Shown piece after piece: positions 1 through 15,880 of a DNA stretch of 64,000 bases. The notes beneath the pieces are model-generated. The model was not told where the DNA came from. It saw nothing but the letters and a program-made list of their open reading frames with translations, and did no database searches. How positions within the stretch are numbered: position 1 is the first letter of the stretch; the number at the start of each line of letters is the position of its first letter. The position numbers and the translations under genes are program-made. This DNA is from Eledone cirrhosa. Lineage: Eukaryota. The stretch covers positions 102,114,001-102,178,000 of the forward strand of contig OZ024742.1 in the NCBI GenBank assembly GCA_964016885.1, written 5' to 3'.

Positions 1-72
<72 letters not shown>

Positions 73-424
73 TTTTATATGTATATATATATATATATAT
101 ATACATACATACATATATATATATATAAACTCCGATAACGTTTGTGTCTGTGTGTATATGTGTGTGTATGTGTGCGTGTGTGTGTGTTGCATGTGGTCAT
201 TGGTGCTGGAAGAAACGGTAAATGCTCAGTCTTCTTCTTCTTCTTCTTCTTCTTCTTCTTCTTCTTCTTCTTCTTCTTCTTCTTGTCGTCGTCGTCGTCG
301 TTGTCCTTGCTTTTCTCTGTTTTGCCATACTAGCGATTGTTAGTGGAAACTTTATAGTTGCTGCTGATAATGAAAATCACAAGAGACTGTAATAGTGGCA
401 TAATCTCTAGCGTGGTGATGACGT

Positions 425-815
425 CATTCATGACGTATAAGGTTAGGCAGTATCGATAGAGTATAAGACGCCATGCTTTGCAGCATAGAGTTGCGGCCCT
501 TTACGGATTCAGCCGAGGTTAACTTTGCTTTTCATCCTTACGGGATCGATAAAATAAAGTACCAGTAATGCACTGGGGTAATTGCTGGCCTTGTGCCAAA
601 AGTAGAAACAATTATTATTATTGTTAGGGCGGTGGATTGGCAGTATCGGTAGAGTTTCGGACACCATTGCTTTGCAGCATAGAATTACGGCCGTTTACGG
701 TCTGAGTTTAAATTCTGCCGAGATTAGTTTTGCGTTTCATCATTACGGGGCCGATAAAATAAAGCACCATTCACGAAGTAGGGTCGATTAAATCGACTTT
801 CCCCTCTCAGAAACC
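425..815 (+). mobile_element. Two tandem tRNA-derived SINEs (Meta-like central domain)
   Basis: Box A-like TGGCAGTATCGG, box B-like GAGTT(C/T)AAAT, core GCCTTTCATCCTTACGGGGTCGATAAAATAAAGTACCAG. Confidence 0.85.
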
Positions 816-1885
816 ATTTTCATTTTTATTGTTGTTGTGTAGTCCCAGGTTAATCCTGATTTTTGTTGTTAAGTCTGAAGGAAGGAATTGGGCCTATTAC
901 CTTCACAGTTTACTCGCACCCCACAACACCCACTCACCCCTAGAGACCGGAGAAATTGATGCCATTGATGTTCTGTTTAAATTGTTACAGATTTACTCAT
1001 CTGGGATAGACTGGGCAGATCTACGATCAAAGGCGTTCCAACATTGACCATCTCGTCAAATGGATCTTTTGCTGGTTTCGACGATGACTATTTCAGTTCA
1101 ATCATCTAAATTACCTAATCGGTGAATTATAGGTTGAGTATTCCGCTGAAACATGTACCCTTAACATAAAAAGAATCATTGGAGCCACATGTTGCGGTAT
1201 TTGTCGCATCTTTCCTTCTGTAAAAGTTTTCCCTGTTTCTTCGTTTCCTTACTCTCGTCCAGCATTCTATTTTTCTTCTGATGATGATAGACTAACGTCC
1301 AAAACACCAGTACTCTTTTACTACAATATAAAGCCTTAAATTAATATCATCATTGTACCGTACTGTTCTCCTGTTTTTGTTTTCCTTGTTGATTTTTCGC
1401 ATACACATACACACACATACATACATACACAGACACACACGCATATATATTTGAAATACTTGTATACAGCGCTCATACTGATGCTGAGTTAGCAGTAATA
1501 GGACACAGGATAAAATACTCTTACTTTATGATACATAAAGATGTTGTATATGAATCTACATACGCCTTTACTTTGAAGCGCGCTACGTTAGTACTATCGC
1601 TAATATATATATATATAATATTATAATAGTTGTAAATCGAAGTTTCAGATGCTATACAGCAAGTGCTATTCGATTTGTTTGAGGCAATCACAAAGCACCC
1701 AATGGATCGAAAGTTAAAAACAGAGATTATGTCCAGAGTATACACAACAGTTATGAATTGTGACACTAAGAAAATCGACTATATATATATATATATATAT
1801 ATATAGTTGATAAATGAAACAATCAAAATACAGGAGACAATTTTTCCAGTCATGTTAGGTTCACACTTGGTGGAAGTGGAGGAGG

Positions 1886-1921
1886 TTTCGACGTTTCGGA
1901 CAGAAGTCTTTCTTCAGGAAA
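1886..1921 (-). ncRNA. Minimal type I hammerhead motif (related, more decayed copy at 42279-42314)
   Basis: Minus strand: TTTC-CTGAAGA-AA-GAC ttct GTC-C-GAAA-CG-TC-GAAA. Confidence 0.75.
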
Positions 1922-2028
1922 GTTCGGATATATTTATATAAATACAGACTGTATCATAAAGAACCACCGTCTTGAAGCAGACTGAAAGGCAGGTAAAAAT
2001 TGTAAATAGCTTTATAAACATTTATATA

Positions 2029-2196
2029 CCGTATTTCCCGGCACCGAAGACGCAACTTCTTTCCTAAAATAACTTTCAAAAATCTACCATGCGTCCTGGA
2101 GGACAAAAGTTGTTTGTTATTTTTTTTCAAATTTTTGGTTGTCAAAACTAGGGTGCGTCCTCGAGGACGAAGCGACTTCGGCGCGGGGAAATACGG
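2029..2196. mobile_element. Tc1/mariner-pogo-type MITE
   Basis: TA|CCGTATTTCCC...GGGAAATACGG|TA. Confidence 0.82.
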
Positions 2197-2305
2197 TAAG
2201 TTATAAAAAAAGAATAAAACTTTATATTCAGACATGTATTGTGCAAGTTACTGCATTATTTAAAAAATATCGCCTTTTGAAATCGGATGATTCTTTTCGA
2301 TACAC

Positions 2306-2348
<43 letters not shown>

Positions 2349-2366
2349 GATTCTTTTCGATACACC

Positions 2367-3013
<647 letters not shown>

Positions 3014-3238
3014 GTATATAATAGAAAAACGAGGAAGTTTCGTTTTCATATAAAACATATTTATTGTATTTCGCCGTACTACCTACAATGTATATATATA
3101 TAAGCTAACAGAAGTCTGATGAGATTTTGATTCCAGAGTCGGGCTCGATCGATAGAGATCAAACGTTGAGCTGATCAAGCGCGAAACACGCGGCACATCT
3201 GAATAAACTTAATGAAAATTTGAAACCTCCTCTATACT

Positions 3239-3277
<39 letters not shown>

Positions 3278-3765
3278 TAGATTAAGTTAGAAACTCAAAA
3301 TAGTCTTTTACGATTAAATAGCTCAAAGAAGGGAATATTTCCGAGCCGGTTTTATGTGACTAAAGTTAGCTCTACATATGGAGCCGAGAGTATGATAGAT
3401 TGAGTTAGAAACTGAAAATAGTCTTTTACAATTAAATAGCACACAGAGGGGAATCTTTCCGAGCCGTGTAATACAATTGAATATATGAGAGAGATGAACA
3501 CCGATACAAGTATACATGTGTTCCAATTGCAAATTCTTGCGAAACAGATTTAGATCTGTCGGGGTATCAAAGGCAGTTGCCCGATATAGGTTTGTTATTT
3601 TTATTGATTTTTATTGATTTATTACTTTAAATCGAGACAGGCAAACCATATTGTTTTAAATTAGTATTTTTTCAACTTAGCTAACTTGGTCATTTGCAAT
3701 TGGAACACATGTATACTTGTATCGGTGTTCACCCCTCTCATATATTCAATTGTATATATATATAT

Positions 3766-4407
<642 letters not shown>

Positions 4408-4722
4408 CCACAGACTAAAATATACTGGAATATCTACTGGCATGTATTACAGGATTAGTTATTGTTATTATCACCAGAGTGTGACTGAAACCTGTGACTC
4501 TTGTTAATACTATATATAGCTAATGAGAGAATTGATATGGATGAGGTTGATTATAGATGCTAGAAGATATAAATAAGTATGTTTGATTTCCTCGTTAAAG
4601 CAGGAATTAGATTATAATGATGAAAAGGAAATTAAACATAAGGAAAAATAATTATTGTTAGATGTATCTGGAGACATTTTTGTTCACGTTCGTAGGTTTT
4701 CAAAGTATTTTTATTGTTATTA

Positions 4723-5245
4723 TTGGCAGTATCGGTAGAGGGTTGGACGCCATGCTTTCTAGCATAGTTACGTCCGTTTATGGTCTGAGTTCAAATCCCG
4801 TCGAGGTTAACTTTGCCTTTCATCCCTACGGGGTCGATAAAATAAAGTACCAGTAATGTACTGTGTAATTGCTGGTCTTGTGCCAAAAGTAGAAACAATT
4901 ATTGTAGTACGCCCCTTTATGGTCTGAGTTCAAATCTCGCCGAGGTTAACTTTGCCTTTCATCCTTATGGGGTCGATAAAATAAAGTAGCAGTCATGCAC
5001 TAGGGTCGATTTAATTGACTTTCCCCTTCCTCCAAATTGCTGGCCTTGTGCCTCTATAAGAAACCATTGTTATTATTGTAGTACACCCCTTTACGTTCTG
5101 AGTTCAAATCCCGCCGAGGTTACCTTTGCCTTTCATCTTTACGGGGTCAATAAAATAAAGTACCAGTCATGCACTGAGGTCAATTTAATTGACTTTCCTC
5201 TCCCCTATAAATTGTTGGACTTGTGCCTAAATCTGAACCATTATT
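4723..5245 (+). mobile_element. Three tandem SINE copies
   Basis: Three repeats of GAGTTCAAATC..GCCTTTCATC..GATAAAATAAAGTA. Confidence 0.88.
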
Positions 5246-5388
5246 GTCGTTGATAAGCCCCAGGTCACCTCTGATCGTGCAAGCAAACAGACAAAAGTGA
5301 TCACCCCTATTCATTTCAAACATGGTGTATCAAAGACTACTCTAGCCAACGAGCCATAATAATACGCCATGTTGTGTGTTTGTGTGTG

Positions 5389-5424
<36 letters not shown>

Positions 5425-5669
5425 TGCTTACGCACGTGCACAAGTATAGCTCTTTTTACAAAACGTTTTTTTTTTTACATTTCAGGTAGACGCGCTCCAT
5501 CATCCACTTTTCTAAAAAAATATATCATACACAAAACACCAGCACCAACAGTTTTGCAAGAGATGTCAATACGAATGGACCTGTTATTTTTATCTAAAGA
5601 CATTTTTTCCAATTCCAACCCTTAATCTATCTACTGTACCGATTGTGTTGTTATTTCTGTTTACCTTTT

Positions 5670-5701
<32 letters not shown>

Positions 5702-6577
5702 GAGATATCTCCATTTAGAACATATCTTCTCTCTAACCCGTAACTCCTGGGGAAGTCGGAGAGGGGGGTGCATATTGACATACGGCTTTCTAGGACATTT
5801 TTGAACCTGGCGGAACCCATCTTCTTTCCAGATCTAAATACAGTCGATTTCTTCCAAAGAAGGATAGAGAGTGAGAGAAAGGAAGTGAGAAAGAGATATA
5901 GAGGAAGAATCGATCCTAGTACTAGACTGGTATTTTTTTTATCAACCTCGGAAATTTTGACCTGGCAGAATTTGAACTAAGAAAGCAGAGTGGGAACGAA
6001 TACCGCAAAGCATTATCCGATGTTCTAACGACTCTGCCAATTCGCCGCCTTTATTTGTAACATATACACACAATACATTTCTTATATCAGTCATGTTCAG
6101 ACAATCAGAAGTTCGCTGTCCAATCATAAGTTCTAGGTTCCAGCCTTGTATTTGTTCCTGTAAATAGTTATTTCTCCAACGTTACTCATAAATTTAATCT
6201 TGTGTGTTACTTGTACATGCTGAACATTTATGTAATTATATTCTAGAAATAAAATTTTCAAATATTATTCTTATCTTTAATCACTTCCACGTGTCAGTAA
6301 TCAACATAAACTATAAGGTTTCTCTTATGCAAATTTTCCAGTTTGTATTATTGTTCATATATCCAGTAAACCTGGTATATATGGCAGACTTATCCTGGGC
6401 TACAAAAGTACGTTCAAATCTATTGCTGTCATTATTGATAGTACTGATACAGTAGTTAACATATAAAAAAGGACGTTAGTGACGAGCCAACGAGGGAGTC
6501 ATGTGGTCACTTGACTTATTACAAATAACAGCCAAACCACCATCAAATCACGTCCTCTATCGTGTTAAAGGAAAAAT

Positions 6578-6907
6578 ATGGTCGTAGGTGCTGAGACTAG
6601 GACTGCTGTAGAAACGTGATGACCTCATCTGATGGTCGTAGGTGCTGAGGACAAGTACTGCTGTAGAAACGTAATGACCTCATCTGATGGTCGTAGGTGC
6701 TGAGGACAAGTATTGCTGTAGAAACGTAATGACCTCTTCTGATGGTCGTAGGTGCTGAGGACAAGTACTGCTGTAGAAACGTAATGACCTCTTCTGATGG
6801 TCGTAGGTGCTGAGGACAAGTACTGCTGTAGAAACGTAATGACCTTATCTGATGGTCGTAGGTGCTGAGGACAAGTACTGCTGTAGAAACGTAATGACCT
6901 CATCTGA
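6578..6907 (+). repeat. 55-bp minisatellite, 6 units
   Basis: GATGGTCGTAGGTGCTGAGGACAAGTACTGCTGTAGAAACGTAATGACCTCATCT at 6631, 6686, 6741, 6796, 6851, plus a diverged first unit. Confidence 0.95.
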
Positions 6908-7034
6908 CTAAGAACGTAGAAATCGTAACCAAATATCGCTAAGTATTTTCTCCGTTCTACCGGTACTGCCAACCCACCACCCATAATGATTTCTACTTTA
7001 GGCATTAAACCAGCCTTTTTTTTTTTGGCGAGGT

Positions 7035-7700
7035 GGGATCGATTATATTACCCCTAGTATATGATTGGTACTTTCTTTTATCGATCTCGGAAGGATGAAA
7101 AGCAAAGTTAACCTCGACGGAATTTCGATTCTGCCAATTTACCACACTTGGCTTCTAATTTTGGCACACGGACAGCAATTTAGGGGAAGTAGAAAGTTGA
7201 TTATAATTGACCCTAACACGTAAGGATAAAAGGCAAAGCTGACCGTGACGAGATTTGAACTTAGAATGTAAAGGACTGTAACTAAATGCCGCAAAGCATT
7301 TTGTGTGGCGCTCAAACAGCGCTGCCATATCGACTGCTTTGTGCTTCAGTTAAAGGGTCTTTAACTTCTGACAGAATCGTAAGGTTACCCTCATGAAACA
7401 TTGCGTACTTTTGGCATTTTAAAACCTGGCGGAGGATATCCCCTTCCATGTCTGGATATACCTGACGTTTTCCAGGTAGAGGGAGGGAGAGGGATAGAGA
7501 AAGATATATATATATATGAATATATACAGAGAGAGAGAACGGTCATCAATATTGGACTGGTATTTTATTTTATCGACTCCGGAAAGATGAAAGGCAAATT
7601 TGACCTCGGTGGGATTTGAACGCAGTGTACCGTGAGCCTGAACGAACACAGAGGAACTTTTAATCCGAAATCCGACACTCTAACGTCTCTACCAATACCT
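7035..7700 (-). mobile_element. Cluster of decayed SINE copies (another at ~5885-6050)
   Basis: Reverse-complement SINE cores, e.g. GATGAAAGGCAAA..GATTTGAAC. Confidence 0.7.
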
Positions 7701-8044
7701 TGGCATATGTATTGATGGTTAAACGTTTAGTGTTCGTCATATAGTACCTTCTATAACAATACACCAAGGTAATGACTCAACAAAGAAGATAATGACTCAA
7801 TGACTACAACAGTGATAACCGGATGTCCGGTTACTGAATCATGACGACATCTGTTATCGATCTTTATCAATTAATCGATAATAACAATGATGGTTTCTTG
7901 TTTAGGAATTTTTAACGTTATAATTTCTTGAGAAAGGAGAAAAGGATTTGGGAAGTTGTGGCAGTTATGCCTTTCCACAAAGTAGTAAACTGAAATTAGT
8001 TTCTTTATCGAGGAGTTAAAACTCTCATCACTACCAATCACAAA

Positions 8045-8046
<2 letters not shown>

Positions 8047-8086
<40 letters not shown>

Positions 8087-8093
8087 CACTACC

Positions 8094-8189
<96 letters not shown>

Positions 8190-8450
8190 ACTACTATAAC
8201 AACAAGAAGCAAAGCAAGAAACCTCTTCATGGCTGCATGTCTTGCTAGAAATAGCAGCTAAATCTCTGAAATCAGGTAACTACATCGAGTCGAAACCACC
8301 AACATCACAAGCAGCACCACAACCACCACCACAACCACCAGCACCAGCACCACAACCACCACCACCACCACCACCACCACCACCACCACCACCACCACCA
8401 CCACCAACTACTACTACTACTACTACTACTACGACGACGACGACGACGTC
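8047..8450. repeat. Compound (CTA)/(CCA)/(CTG)/(CGA) trinucleotide arrays
   Basis: Direct reading. Confidence 0.92.
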
Positions 8451-8734
8451 GACAAACCAAATATGGAGCCTACATGTGGTTACTCGACACGTTAGAAATA
8501 GCAGCTAAATTTCTTTCAAGTCATAATCTACTGTCTTAAAAAATACACATTGAATATTGCAGTTCCAGGTATACTATGCCCGAAAAAAAAAAAAAAGTCG
8601 GCATACCCACAGGTGGATGATCATTGATCATAGTCCTGCAGGATAATAATTGACACAGGGCTAAACAACATCAACTATAACAACAATCTACCACCACCAA
8701 CAGCAACAAGCACAGTAAGAGCAATAACAATAAT

Positions 8735-9335
8735 AATTGTTTCTACTTTAGGCACACGTCCAGCAATTTGAAGGGGATGGAAAGTCGATTAAATTGACAC
8801 CAGTGTATTACTGGTACTTTATGTTATTGACCCCGTAAGGATGAAAGGCAAAGCTAACCTCAATGATTTTTTTGATATTTACATTGACTTGAGGATGGTG
8901 GATTGGCAGTATCGGTAGTATCGGACAACATGCTTTACGTATATAGAGCTACGTCCCTTTACGTTCTGAGTTCAAATCCAGCCGAGGTAGCTTTGCCTTT
9001 CATCCATACGGGGGCGATAAAGTAAAGTACCAGTAACGCACTGGGGTCGATTTAATCGACTTTCACCTTCTCCAAAATTGTTGGCCTTATGCCTAAATCA
9101 GAAATTGATCTTAACATTGATTTGAAGATGGCGGTTTGGCAGAATTGGATACAATGTCATTGTGCTATTTGTTCTGGTTGTTTACAGTCTAAGTTCAAAT
9201 CCTGGGGAGGTCAACTTCTCCTTTCATCCTTCCGGGGTCGATAAAATAAAGTACCAGTCAAGTATTGGAGTTGATTTAATCAACTTTTCCCTTCTCCCCA
9301 AATTTGCTGGCCCTCAACCTAAATTAGAAATCAAT
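8735..9335. mobile_element. SINE cluster (one minus, two plus)
   Basis: Same box A/B and core motifs. Confidence 0.82.
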
Positions 9336-9642
9336 ATATACTTCGACTCCAGATGAAAGACAAAATCGATTTTAGCAAATAATAATAATGATTTCTTTAT
9401 TGGCCAATAATTTCTTTATTAACCACAGAGGGCTTACAAAAATCACATTAAGGACTGTACAAAAATACACAGTGTGGTTTTATGTAAAATGAAGAATAAC
9501 ATAAGCAAAAGTAAAAGGGGGCAACAATATAATTAAAACAACGAAACGTTCTACAGTATGGAGGAGATTTCCGAGGTCCATACATGGAAAAACCCTACAA
9601 AATGCCATGGGCACCCTGACCTCCCAGTTGTCCTCCTCCAGT

Positions 9643-9822
<180 letters not shown>

Positions 9823-9823
9823 T

Positions 9824-10183
9824 GTCTGGTCTACTTCTTCCGATATCACTTCGGAAGAAGGATAAGAATGGAGAGAGAGGTGCTTGGCCACAGGCAGTTT
9901 TATGAAAGGTGGGTGATAGTGGCGAGAATGGCTCGTGTAAATGGGCCTTCTCTGTATACCATCCTGTAGGTAAAGAAGTAAAGGAGAGGGGAGCACCTTC
10001 TCCATGTGCTCCCCGGGCAAAGGATTGCACACTTTTTCGGGGGTGTGTGCAGCCCCCATCACGTCCCCTCCCTTTTGAGGTTATTTTCGATTATTTTCAT
10101 GTTACACCCTTTTTACTCGATTATATGTAAACTCCCCCTTTGTATTTGTCCCTTCTTTTTATGCCTTTATGGTAAATAAAGAA

Positions 10184-10184
<1 letters not shown>
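9824..10184 (+). mobile_element. Tx1/L1-like LINE 3' end inside a (TATC)n tract
   Basis: LVYFFRYHFGRRIRMEREVL..FYERWVIVARM..stop, then a 3' UTR ending AATAAAGAAATC. The related FVKRWVNVARM occurs at ~40748. Confidence 0.55.
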
Positions 10185-10218
<34 letters not shown>

Positions 10219-10249
10219 ACCAGCGCAACAGCTCTCTTTCTCTATCGCG

Positions 10250-10380
<131 letters not shown>

Positions 10381-10918
10381 GTGTATAAGGAAATCATTCT
10401 GTCATTACCGTAACAGAAGTCCGATGAGCTTTTGATTCCAGATCGATACAAATCGAGCCTTGAGCTGATCAATCGCGAAACGCGCGTCACACCTCAATAA
10501 ATGTAATGAAGATCTAACACAGTGTCCTTATTATTAGTATTATATTTTTTATTATATATAGAAATGACTTCTACCAACGTGTCTGCGGAATACTCAACCA
10601 CTTACATGTTAACTTACAAGTCAGACGTTCAGTTATCGAACGACTGAATGATAATTGTCAAAACCGACGGATCATCATCATCACCCCCATCATCACCCAC
10701 GCCACCATCATCATCATTATTATCATCATTATCATTACCACTACCACCACCTACACCACCACCACCACCACCATCATCATCATTATCATCGTCATTACCA
10801 TCACCACAAACAATCACTATCATCATCATCACCATGATCATCACCTTCATTGTCATCATCATCATGCATTATGGTTGAATAAAATATGGCTGAGTATCAA
10901 TTCCCTGGGTACCACAGC

Positions 10919-13900
10919 CACCCTCCACCGCTACCTCTCTACCTTCACATCCCCCACCCTCCACCGCTACCTCTCTACCTTCACATCCCCCACCCTCCAC
11001 CGCTACCTCTCTACCTTCACATCCCCCACCCTCCACCGCTACCTCTCTACCTTCACATCCCCCACCCTCCACCGCTACCTCTCTACCTTCACATCCCCCA
11101 CCCTCCACCGCTACCTCTCTACCTTCACATCCCCCACCCTCCACCGCTACCTCTCTACCTTCACATCCCCCACCCTCCACCACTACCTCTCTACCTTCAC
11201 ATCCCCCACCCTCCACCGCTACCTCTCTACCTTCACATCCCCCACCCTCTACCACTACCTCTCTACCTTCACATCCCCCACCCTCCACCACTACCTCTCT
11301 ACCTTCACATCCCCCACCCTCCACCGCTACCTCTCTACCTTCACATCTCCCACCCTCCACCGCTACCTCTCCACCTTCACATCCCCCACCCTCCACCGCT
11401 ACCTCTCCACCTTCACATCCCCCACCCTCCACCGCTACCTCTCCACCTTCACATCCCCCACCCTCCACCACTACCTCTCTACCTTCACATCCCCCACCCT
11501 CCACCACTACCTCTCTACCTTCACATCCCCCACCCTCCACCACTACCTCTCTACCTTCACATCCCCCACCCTCCACCACTACCTCTCTACCTTCACATCC
11601 CCCACCCTCCACCGCTACCTCTCTACCTTCACATCCCCCACCCTCCACCGCTACCTCTCCACCTTCACATCCCCCACCCTCCACCGCTACCTCTCCACCT
11701 TCACATCCCCCACCCTCCACCGCTACCTCTCTACATTCACGTCCCCCACCCTCCACCACTACCTCTCTACCTTCACATCCCCCACCCTCCACCGATACCT
11801 CTCTACCTTCACATCCCCCACCCTCCACCACTACCTCTCTACCTTCACATCCCCCACCCTCCACCACTACCTCTCTACCTTCACATCCCCCACCCTCCAC
11901 CACTACCTCTCTACCTTCACATCCCCCACCCTCCACCGCTACCTCTCCACCTTCACATCCCCCACCCTCCACCGCTACCTCTCGACCTTCACATCCCCCA
12001 CCCTCCACCGCTACCTCTCTACATTCACATCCCCCACCCTCCACCACTACCTCTCTACCTTCACATCCCCCACCCTCCACCGCTACCTCTCTACCTTCAC
12101 ATCCCCCACCCTCCACCGCTACCTCTCCACCTTCACGTCCCCACCCTCCACCACTACCTCTCTACCTTCACATCCCCCACTCTCCACCGCTACCTCTCTA
12201 CCTTCACATCCCCCACCCTCCACCACTACCTCTCTACCTTCACATCCCCCACCCTCCACCGCAACCTCTCTACCTTCACATCCCCCACCCTCTACCACTA
12301 CCTCTCTACCTTCACATCCCCCACTCTCCACCGCTACCTCTCTACCTTCACGTCCCCCACCCTCCACCGCTACCTCTCTACCTTCACGTCCCCCACCCTC
12401 CACCGCTACCTCTCTACCTTCACATCCCCCACCCTCCACCGCTACCTCTCTACCTTCACATCCCCCACCCTCCACCGCTACCTCTCTACCTTCACGTCCC
12501 CCACTCTCCACCGCTACCTCTCTACCTTCACGTCCCCCACCCTCCACCGCTACCTCTCTACCTTCACATCCCCCACCCTCCACCGCTACCTCTCTACCTT
12601 CACGTCCCCCACCCTCCACCGATACCTCTCTACCTTCACGTCCCCCACCCCTACCGATACCTCTCTACCTTCACATCCCCCACCCTCCACGGCTACCTCT
12701 CTACCTTCACGTCCCCCACCCTCCACCGCTACCTCTCTACCTTCACGTCCCCCACCCTCCACCGCTACCTCTCTACCTTCACATCCCCCACCCTCCACCG
12801 CTACCTCTCTACCTTCACGTCCCCCACCCTCCACCGATACCTCTCTACCTTCACATCCCCCACCCTCCACCGCTACCTCTCTACCTTCACGTCCCCCACC
12901 CTCCACCGCTACCTCTCTACATTCACATCCCCCACCCACCACCACTACCTCTCTACCTTCACATCCCCCACCCTCCACCGATACCTCTCTACCTTCACAT
13001 CCCCCACCCTCCACCACTACCTCTCTACCTTCACATCCCCCACCCTCCACCACTACCTCTCTACCTTCACATCCCCCACCCTCCACCGATACCTCTCTAC
13101 CTTCACATCCCCCACCCTCCACCACTACCTCTCTACCTTCACATCCCCCACCCTCCACCACTACCTCTCTACCTTCACATCCCCCACCCTCCACCACTAC
13201 CTCTCTACCTTCACATCCCCCACCCTCCACCACTACCTCTCTACCTTCACATCCCCCACCCTCCACCACTACCTCTCTACCTTCACATCCCCCACCCTCC
13301 ACCGCTTCCTCTCTACCTTCACATCCCCCACCCTCCACCGCTACCTCTCTACCTTCACATCCCCCACCCTCCACCGCTACCTCTCTACCTTCACATCCCC
13401 CACTCTCCACCGCTACCTCTCTACCTTCACATCCCCCACCCTCCACCGCTACCTCTCTACCTTCACATCCCCCACCCTCCACCGCTACCTCTCTACCTTC
13501 ACATCCCCCACCCTCCACCGCTACCTCTCTACCTTCACATCCCCCACCCTCCACCGCTACCTCTCTACCTTCACATCCCCCACCCTCCACCGCTACCTCT
13601 CCACCTTCACATCCCCCACCCTCCACCGCTACCTCTCCACCTTCACATCCCCCACCCTCCACCGCTACCTCTCCACCTTCACATCCCCCACCCTCCACCG
13701 CTACCTCTCCACCTTCACATCCGCCACCCTCCACCGCTACCTCTCCACCTTCACATCCCCCACCCTCCACCACTACCTCTCCACCTTCACATCCCCCACC
13801 CTCCACCGCTACCTCTCTACCTTCACATCCCCCACCCTCCACCACTACCTCTCTACCTTCACATCCCCCACCCTCCACCACTACCTCTCTACCTTCACAT

Positions 13901-15880
13901 CCCCCACCCTCCACCGCTACCTCTCTACCTTCACATCCCCCACCCTCCACCACTACCTCTCTACCTTCACATCCCCCACCCTCCACCGCTACCTCTCTAC
14001 CTTCATATCCCCACCCTCCACCGCTACCTCTCTACCTTCACATCCCCCACCCTCCACCACTACCTCTCTACCTTCACATCCCCCACCCTCCACCACTACC
14101 TCTCTACCTTCACATCCCCCACCCTCCACCACTACCTCTCTACCTTCACATCCCCCACCCTCCACCGCTACCTCTCTACCTTCACATCCCCCACCCTCCA
14201 CCACTACCTCTCTACCTTCACATCCCCCACCCTCCACCGCTACCTCTCTACCTTCACATCCCCCACCCTACACCACTACCTCTCTACCTTCACATCCCCC
14301 ACCCTCCACCGCTACCTCTCTACCTTCACATCCCCCACCCTCCACCGCTACCTCTCTACTTTCACATCCCCCACCCTCCACCGCTACCTCTCTACCTTCA
14401 CATACCCCACCCTCCACCGCTACCTCTCTACCTTCACATCCCCCACCCTCCACCGCTACCTCTCTACCTTCACATCCCCACCCTCCACCGATACCTCTCT
14501 ACCTTCACATCCCCCACCCTCCACCGCTACCTCTCTACCTTCACATCCCCCACCCTCCACCGCTACCTCTCTACCTTCATATCCCCACCCTCCACCGATA
14601 CCTCTCTACCTTCACATCCCCCACCCTCCACCGCTATCTCTCTACCTTCACATCCCCACCCTCCACCACTACCTCTCTACCTTCACATCCCCCACCCTCC
14701 ACCACTACCTCTCTACCTTCACATCCCCACCCTCCACCGCTACCTCTCTACCTTCACTTCCCCCACCCTCCACCGCTACCTCTCTACCTTCATATCTCCC
14801 ACCCTCCACCACTACCTCTCTACCTTCACATCCCCCACCCTCCACCACTACCTCTCTACCTTCACACCCCCACCCTCCACCGCTACCTCTCTACCTTCAC
14901 ATCCCCCACCCTCCACCGCTACCTCTCTACCTTCACATCCCCCACCCTCCACCGCTACCTCTCTACCTTCACATCCCCCACCCTCCACCACTACCTCTCT
15001 ACCTTCACATCCCCCACCCTCCACCACTACCTCTCTACCTTCACATCCCCCACCCTCCACCACTACCTCTCTACCTTCACACCCCCACCCTCCACCGCTA
15101 CCTCTCTCCCTTCACATCCCCCACCCTCCACCACTACCTCTCCACCTTCACATCCCCCACCCTCCACCGCTACCTCTCCACCTTCACATCCCCCACCCTC
15201 CACCGCTACCTCTCTACCTTCACATCCCCCACCCTCCACCGCTACCTCTCTACCTTCACATCCCCCACCCTCCACCGCTACCTCTCCACCTTCACGTCCC
15301 CCACCCTCCACCGCTACCTCTCCACCTTCACATCCCCCATCCTCCACCGCTACCTCTCTACCTTCACTTCCCCCACCCTCCACTGCTACCTCTCTACCTT
15401 CACACCCCCACCCTCCACCGCTACCTCTCTACCTTCACATCCCCCACCCTCCACCGCTACCTCTCTACCTTCACATCCCCCACCCTCCACCGCTACCTCT
15501 CTACCTTCACACCCCCACCCTCCACCGCTACCTCTCCACCTTCAAGTCCCCCACCCTCCACCGCTACCTCTCTACCTTCACATCCCCCACCCTCCACCGC
15601 TACCTCTCCACCTTCACATCCCCCACCCTCCACCGCTACCTCTCTACCTTCACATCCCCACCCTCCACCACTACCTCTCTACCTTCACATCCCCCACCCT
15701 CCACCGCTACCTCTCCACCTTCACATCCCCCACCCTCCACCACTACCTCTCTACCTTCACATCCCCCACCCTCCACCACTACCTCTCTACCTTCACATCC
15801 CCACCCTCCACGCTACCTCTCTACCTTCACATCCCCACCCTCCACCGCTATCTCTCTTCATTCACATCCCCACCCTCCAC
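10919..15880. repeat. 36-bp C-rich minisatellite, ~138 units
   Basis: CCCTCCACCGCTACCTCTCTACCTTCACATCCCCCA tandem array. Confidence 0.98.

Noticed and set aside
628-720. tRNA genes suggested by box A/B motifs
   Set aside because: No cloverleaf; the motifs are heads of multi-copy SINEs.
6578-6907. CRISPR-like regular repeat
   Set aside because: Contiguous tandem units with no unique spacers, no cas genes, and a eukaryotic context.
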